NCBI GenBank assembly: GCA_963675915.1
Contig: OY780959.1
Location: 2,280,001 to 2,312,000 of the forward strand
Direction of reading: 5' to 3'
Origin: Coprobacillaceae bacterium
Lineage (GTDB): Bacteria > Bacillota_I > Bacilli_A > Erysipelotrichales > Coprobacillaceae
Length of the DNA: 32,000 nucleotides
The translations under genes were made by a program, and so were the position numbers. The stretch's first letter is position 1. Every line of letters begins with the position of its first letter. Below are positions 27,225-32,000 of this stretch, in pieces. A model generated the notes under the pieces. That model saw nothing but the letters and a program-made list of their open reading frames with translations, was not told the DNA's origin and did not search any database.

Positions 27225-27253
27225 TTAATAATAGACAAACTATTAGATGTCAA
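27225..27253 (-). promoter_or_regulatory. Consensus -35 promoter reading toward the ferredoxin operon, at or near the downstream edge of the IS110-family element
   Basis: Minus strand: TTGACA (27253-27248), 17-nt spacer, TATTAA (27230-27225). Confidence 0.45.
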
Positions 27254-27301
27254 GAAGTAACTAAGTGAATATTCATTTAGGTTTTTTTGACAATTAATGG
27301 C

Positions 27302-27323
27302 CGTTTGGCTTGGTTTAGAGGTG
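27302..27323. repeat. 22-bp inverted repeat, arm 1 (3' non-coding side of the IS110-family gene)
   Basis: CGTTTGGCTTGGTTTAGAGGTG is the reverse complement of 28856-28877 with one mismatch. It also overlaps a local hairpin TAGAGG-TGAAT-CCTCTA. Confidence 0.9.
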
Positions 27324-27437
27324 AATCCTCTATAAAAATCTTGTTTTTGGATAAATTTGAGCGCACTGAAAACAACCTGCCAGATTTTAATCACTGGAAG
27401 CTCTTACATTTAATGATTCCTTATAGATTAGGCTCGC

Positions 27438-28817
27438 TTATGTTGTATAGATGAATTTATGGACTTCTCCATTTTCATCACTGTAACGATAGATTTGCCT
27501 TCTGGTCTTTAGGGGAATATGAGTAGTAATACTTTGGAAGAACGTATTTCGGGTTTCTTCCGGTAATCTCATGAGATGATCATGTTCGATTACAAATTTG
27601 CTTTGCTTCTTCATCATGGAATATATATAACGGGCAACTTTATTGGCTACTGCCACAACTGCCAATCGATGGCGTTTTTTGTTCCCGTTCTTGATCTTTT
27701 CGAAATATGCCTTGAGGACTGGATTGTGTCTTCTGGCAAATTCTCCAATCATATATATGGCATGACGAAGATATCTTGAACCTTTTTTTGAAATCTTGCC
27801 CATGATTTCAACTGAACTGCCGGAGCGCTTGTTTCTTGGGGCGAGCCCCATGTAAGAAACATATTTGTCAGCGTTTTTGAAAAGTTTGATGTCATATGTT
27901 TCGGCAATTACTGTTGCCGCTGTTACATCACCGCATCCTGTCAAAGTCTGCAGTTTATCAAACATCGGATTAGTTGAACCTAGTTCTCTAATCATCTTTT
28001 CAAGAGTTTTTATTTGTCGCTTCATATCAATGACGACTGCCGCCTGGCCCTGGATTATGGATCTGATTGACTCAGATACTTTGCGTGGAGCAAGCGAATC
28101 AAGACAAAGGTCAAACAGCTTATCTACCTTATCTGATTTGGTCCTGTTTTTCGATGCTTTTAAAACAATATCTAATACTTCTATTCTTGAAGCGTTTATG
28201 ATATCATGTGTCGTAGGATATGAAGATAAGATAGCAAGAAATGTTGCTGACTTAGGTTCGAAGACATATTGAAGTTCAGGGAAATAACGTTCGCATTGGG
28301 CAATGAGGCGGTTAATTTCTTGAGTATAAGTTTTCTTTACCTGGCCATGGCGATGCACTACTGCTTTCAAATCTGCATATCCTTTTTCATTATTTATGTT
28401 GTTTTTGTGAACATATTTAACGTCATATTCATATGCGACTATTGAAGCAATTGTCTGGGCATCCAGTGGATCAGACTTACCGATATCATGAGATTCACGC
28501 CATTTATTGACATATTGGGTGTTAAGTAGATATACATCCTCAATGTCGTTTAAAGATGAATGGATGAACTCGAAGATATTGTCGGAATAAACACCAGTGA
28601 CTTCCATTGCATAAGTCACATGGTTGCAATCTGAATCAATGTATTTTCTGACAGTGGCCAGGAAATCATTCAATTCGGATTTCAAAAACTTAAATTGAAT
28701 TCTTTTTCTCAAGAATTTAGGCTTGATATTTCTATCACGATTGACAGAAATAATAGCAGCATCGGCCTTGCCTTTAGAGACATCGATACCAACGAATAAT
28801 TCATAACTGTTATTCAT
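27438..28817 (-). CDS. IS110-family transposase/recombinase (DEDD RuvC-like N-domain + Transposase_20 C-domain), 459 aa
   Basis: FVGIDVSKGK (D), YAMEVTGVY (E), GKSDPLDAQ (D..D). C-domain LQTLTGCGDVTAATVIAE...YMGLAPRNKRSGSS...ISKKGSRYLRHAIY. RBS GAGGT 7 nt upstream of the ATG. Confidence 0.92.
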   Translation of the reverse strand: MNNSYELFVGIDVSKGKADAAIISVNRDRNIKPKFLRKRIQFKFLKSELNDFLATVRKYIDSDCNHVTYAMEVTGVYSDNIFEFIHSSLNDIEDVYLLNTQYVNKWRESHDIGKSDPLDAQTIASIVAYEYDVKYVHKNNINNEKGYADLKAVVHRHGQVKKTYTQEINRLIAQCERYFPELQYVFEPKSATFLAILSSYPTTHDIINASRIEVLDIVLKASKNRTKSDKVDKLFDLCLDSLAPRKVSESIRSIIQGQAAVVIDMKRQIKTLEKMIRELGSTNPMFDKLQTLTGCGDVTAATVIAETYDIKLFKNADKYVSYMGLAPRNKRSGSSVEIMGKISKKGSRYLRHAIYMIGEFARRHNPVLKAYFEKIKNGNKKRHRLAVVAVANKVARYIYSMMKKQSKFVIEHDHLMRLPEETRNTFFQSITTHIPLKTRRQIYRYSDENGEVHKFIYTT

Positions 28818-28855
28818 AAACTGAACCTCATTTCAATGTATTCTGTTTTGAATTG

Positions 28856-28877
28856 CACCTCTAAACCAAGACAAACG
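28856..28877. repeat. 22-bp inverted repeat, arm 2 (5' non-coding side of the IS110-family gene)
   Basis: CACCTCTAAACCAAGACAAACG, beginning 39 nt upstream of the recombinase ATG. Confidence 0.9.
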
Positions 28878-29120
28878 CAACCTCGTAAATGGGGAGACGA
28901 AGTGAAACCACAACGCTGCATCAAACTAATTCGGGTATAAAGACTGCTTGGATCAAGGATTAAGTCTACGCAAGGTGGACATCATGTGAGCCACAGGGAG
29001 GAGGAATAAAACCTTCATTCAAAACAAGTCTATTATCTTAGAAAAAGGATACTAATGCAATTCTTAAGTGAATCAATATTAATTAAGGATTACAAACATA
29101 TTATACGAGGGGGGATTACA

Positions 29121-29873
29121 ATGAAAGCAGTATTTTTTGATATTGATGGGACGCTGGTCAGTCATGGAGACCGGATCATGCCCGAAAGTACCAAATTGGC
29201 TTTGAAAAAGTTGAAAGAACAGAACATCATGGTGTTCATCGCTACGGGGCGGCCGCACAGTTCGGCGGTTTTCATGAATGAATATTTCGAATTCGATGGT
29301 TATGTATGCAATAACGGCACGAATGGAGTGTTCAGGTGTCAGCAGATTATTGACATTCAGATACCTAATGAATCACTGGAAGTCATGATTGAATATGTGC
29401 GCTCGAAAAAACTTAAAGTGGGGATTTCGACTGATGTTGAAGTCTATTATGGCGGAGTTGACGGAGTTTTATACGATGACAATATGCCCGTCCGACCGAT
29501 TGAGCAGTGTCTTGATGACAAGATATATCAGGTGAATCTATATGCGCCACCAGAAGCGGATGATGAATTCCTTCATCATTTGCCCAATAGCAAGTCAGTC
29601 CGGTGGACTGACCGCTTTGCCGATATCATCTCGGTTGAAGGTGGTAAGGAAGTGGGAATCCGCAAGTTCTTGGGACTGTTGGGAATCGAGGAAAGCGAAA
29701 TCGCCGTTTTTGGCGATGGCGAAAACGACCTGACGATGCTTAAAGCCTTCAAAAATTCGGTGGCCATGGGAAATGCTAATGATATCGTCAAGGAGAATGC
29801 CAGCTTTGTGACTGACCACATTCTTGAAGATGGGATCTACAATGCCTTGAAGAAATTCAAAGTAATCGAATAA
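29121..29873 (+). CDS. Cof-type HAD-IIB family hydrolase (sugar-phosphate phosphatase-like)
   Basis: MKAVFFDIDGTL (motif I), IATGR (motif II), GDGENDLTM (motif IV). G-rich RBS GAGGGGGG before the ATG at 29121. The track start at 29055 has no RBS. Confidence 0.88.
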   Translation: MKAVFFDIDGTLVSHGDRIMPESTKLALKKLKEQNIMVFIATGRPHSSAVFMNEYFEFDGYVCNNGTNGVFRCQQIIDIQIPNESLEVMIEYVRSKKLKVGISTDVEVYYGGVDGVLYDDNMPVRPIEQCLDDKIYQVNLYAPPEADDEFLHHLPNSKSVRWTDRFADIISVEGGKEVGIRKFLGLLGIEESEIAVFGDGENDLTMLKAFKNSVAMGNANDIVKENASFVTDHILEDGIYNALKKFKVIE

Positions 29874-29885
29874 AGGAGAATAACA

Positions 29886-30590
29886 ATGGAATTAGTCCGA
29901 CTTGAAAACGTGAATAAGACATATAGTAACGGCGAAGTTGAAACCAAAGCCCTGGTGGATATCGATTTGGCGATCGATCAAGGTGAGCTGATTGTGATAT
30001 TGGGACCATCAGGTTCGGGAAAAAGTACGCTCCTGAATGTTATCAGTGGTTTGGACTCGATAACTTCAGGAAAGATTTTCTTTGAAAATGAACTGATTTC
30101 CACATACAAGGAAAAACAGCTGACTCAATTCAGACGCAAAAATCTTGGTTTCATTTTTCAACAGTACAATTTGCTGCAGACACTTGATGTCAAGGATAAT
30201 GTCAAGATTGGAAGTGAAATCGCCAGTGAACCGCTAGATGTCGATGAAACTCTTGAAGCAGTGGGCTTGAGTGCGATGGCGGGAAAATTTCCTTATCAGC
30301 TTTCAGGCGGGGAACAGCAGCGGGTGTCAGTAGCCAGGTCGGTAGTCAAGAATCCTAAAATCATGCTTTGTGATGAACCGACAGGAGCGCTGGATCAGAC
30401 TACCGGACAGCAGGTGCTGGAATTGCTCGAGCGTCTCAATACTGAATACAAGATGACCCTTATGATAATCACTCACAATCCCAATATTGCCCAGATGGCT
30501 GATCGAGTGATCAAAATGAATTCGGGAAGAATAACTGCGATAGAAAAAAATGTGCATAAACGAAAGGCCGGCGATATCGAATGGGCGTAA
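29886..30590 (+). CDS. ABC transporter ATP-binding protein (MacB/LolD-like)
   Basis: Walker [11 protein letters not shown]-loop, signature LSGGEQQR, Walker [10 protein letters not shown]-loop ITHN. Confidence 0.93.
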   Translation: MELVRLENVNKTYSNGEVETKALVDIDLAIDQGELIVILGPSGSGKSTLLNVISGLDSITSGKIFFENELISTYKEKQLTQFRRKNLGFIFQQYNLLQTLDVKDNVKIGSEIASEPLDVDETLEAVGLSAMAGKFPYQLSGGEQQRVSVARSVVKNPKIMLCDEPTGALDQTTGQQVLELLERLNTEYKMTLMIITHNPNIAQMADRVIKMNSGRITAIEKNVHKRKAGDIEWA

Positions 30591-32000
30591 AAGTACTTTT
30601 CAAAAACGTTGTCAAACTGTTCGGTAATAAAAAATTCCAGTTGTTGGCGATATCGGTGATCATTTTCTTGTCATCGTTGATTTATACAACTATGTTTCTG
30701 GCGACTGAATCGCTTGGTGACGCCATTGGTGACATTCAGTCCAATTACAATCTCGAGGACTTTTCAATTGATAGCTATGATGTCCTCTATCCTGAGGAAC
30801 TTTCATTGATCGACAGCGGGCTGCCGGAAAACTTCGATTATTCTCTTGAGGCGCTGTACCATCTTGATCAGAAATCTTTTGACCGGGTAGTCGCAGCGAG
30901 GATGAAAAAATTCGAGGATGAATTTTCCAATAGTGATTATGATTTGATGGTTCGGGAATATCAGGATGTTCTTTTCGAAGGGAATCACACCTTTAGAGTC
31001 TATAAGAATTCCGATACGATCAACCGGACTTATCTCGAACAGGGAGTTCTTCCCTCAGATGATGATGAAATTGGGATCAATGAAATTTACGCCAAGAAGA
31101 ATAATTTGACAATCGGTGATAGAATCGAGATTAATGACAAGGAATATGAAATCACCGCATTTATTCTTTTTCCGGATTATAATCTCCCGATTACCAACAA
31201 CCAGTTCATTATCGACAGTTCCAAAAACGGGGTGGCCCTGGTGATAGATGAAGAATTTGATGATCTTGAGGGAAGATTCGGTTTTTACATCTCCGGAATT
31301 TATTCCGGGGCGACAACCAAGAATGATTTTGAAACAAATGTCGTCGATGAATTTGATCTGGACGATGTTCCCGGTCTGACTGCTATAACCTTGACTGAAA
31401 ACCAAACTCGTTCCGGGGCTATTTATGAAGAAATTGCCGGGGGACAGGTCATGACTCTGACAATTGCTCTCAACATTTCCCTGATTGCGGTAATTGTGGT
31501 GGCGATCATAACTTACCGAATCCTCATAAGCCAAAAATCCCAGTTGGGACTCCTTAAATCTTTGGGATACCGAAACAGCGAGATTGCTTTGCCATATTTG
31601 ATTCTTGTGGCAATAATTTCACTTCCGATGCTCCTGGTGGGGCACCTGGTCGGTAACTTTGCAGGATACTATATGAAATTGATGTATTTGGATTTCTACA
31701 TGTTGCCCAATACTCCAATTAGCGGTGACCTTTCGGTCATGGTGACTTCGATAGCTGTTCCATTTGTCTTTATTTCCGGTTTGTCATATCTTGTGATTTA
31801 TCGGATGCTTAATAAAAAGGCACTTGATCTGCTCCGTCCGCATTCATCTAATAAAGTGAACTTTATCACCCGATTGGTGACAAGAGTTCTTGCCAATGCC
31901 AAAGCGAGCATCAAATTCAAATACAGTTATTTGACTCAAAGTTTTGGTAAACTGGCAGTTTTTATTATCGGCCTTTTCTTTGTGTCCTGCTTGCTGATCA
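30581..32000 (+). CDS. ABC transporter permease, FtsX/MacB-type with a large extracytoplasmic domain; 3' end outside the window (not in the ORF track)
   Basis: By my own translation, the frame is open from the ATG at 30581 to the window end: [41 protein letters not shown]..., a ~260-aa soluble domain, then ...VMTLTIALNISLIAVIVVAIITYRILISQKSQLGLLKSLGYRNSEI... (FtsX motif region). The start overlaps the ATPase stop (ATGGGCGTAA). Confidence 0.85.
   Translation, partial: MGVKVLFKNVVKLFGNKKFQLLAISVIIFLSSLIYTTMFLATESLGDAIGDIQSNYNLEDFSIDSYDVLYPEELSLIDSGLPENFDYSLEALYHLDQKSFDRVVAARMKKFEDEFSNSDYDLMVREYQDVLFEGNHTFRVYKNSDTINRTYLEQGVLPSDDDEIGINEIYAKKNNLTIGDRIEINDKEYEITAFILFPDYNLPITNNQFIIDSSKNGVALVIDEEFDDLEGRFGFYISGIYSGATTKNDFETNVVDEFDLDDVPGLTAITLTENQTRSGAIYEEIAGGQVMTLTIALNISLIAVIVVAIITYRILISQKSQLGLLKSLGYRNSEIALPYLILVAIISLPMLLVGHLVGNFAGYYMKLMYLDFYMLPNTPISGDLSVMVTSIAVPFVFISGLSYLVIYRMLNKKALDLLRPHSSNKVNFITRLVTRVLANAKASIKFKYSYLTQSFGKLAVFIIGLFFVSCLLI

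Larger units (their letters stand above)
27302..28877 (-). mobile_element. IS110-family insertion sequence (minimum extent, bounded by the 22-bp inverted repeats; true ends not determinable here and could reach ~27228 and ~29037)
   Basis: Single DEDD/Ser recombinase gene with 115-210 nt of non-coding sequence on each side. The sub-terminal IR architecture is reminiscent of the IS1111 subgroup. Confidence 0.7.

Noticed and set aside
27203-27394. 63-aa minus-strand ORF downstream of the IS110-family gene
   Set aside because: It has no RBS, translates to low-complexity sequence, and overlaps the hairpin-rich non-coding end and the 22-bp IR. It is better explained as non-coding IS or flank sequence.
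29055-29120. N-terminal extension of the HAD hydrolase ORF
   Set aside because: There is no RBS at 29055. The ATG at 29121 follows a G-rich RBS and is placed immediately before the HAD motif I (FFDIDGTL).
31055-31534. 159-aa minus-strand ORF
   Set aside because: It is antisense to the long open FtsX-type permease frame, which has clear TM segments and family motifs. It has no RBS.

Overview
Low-GC Bacillota chromosome segment. The 16S has the signature ...TAGGGAATTTTCGGCAATGGGGGAAACCCTGACCGAGCAACGCCGCGTG..., which looks Erysipelotrichia-like; BLAST is needed to confirm. The left 10.6 kb is core: rpoB (5' end cut by the window edge), rpoC, then the str operon rpsL-rpsG-fusA-tuf, followed by an orphan PTS lactose/cellobiose-type EIIA gene. 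Two almost identical rRNA operons (16S-23S-5S, no tRNA genes) follow in direct orientation, as a ~5.34 kb repeat at 11413-16756 and 20001-25343. Between them lie a small hypothetical gene, a TetR-family regulator and an IS30-family element flanked by a 20-bp direct repeat just upstream of the second rrn P1 promoter. The right third is accessory: a Crp/Fnr-family regulator convergent with a 2x[4Fe-4S] ferredoxin plus NapH-like membrane Fe-S protein operon; an IS110-family (DEDD/Ser) recombinase element with long structured non-coding flanks and a 22-bp inverted repeat; a Cof-type HAD phosphatase; and a MacB/FtsX-type ABC transporter whose permease ORF runs off the window and is absent from the ORF track. 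The best leads are: (1) the IS110-family element as a candidate bridge-RNA-guided recombinase with unusual end architecture; (2) the IS30 element with a long palindromic target duplication and multiple end-like copies beside an rrn promoter; (3) a palindrome-centred ~90-nt intergenic repeat family downstream of both rrn operons; (4) RpoB with Asn at the E. coli His526 position; (5) a Crp/Fnr-type palindrome centred near -41 of the ferredoxin operon. All coordinates were counted by hand. No database search or RNA folding program was run.
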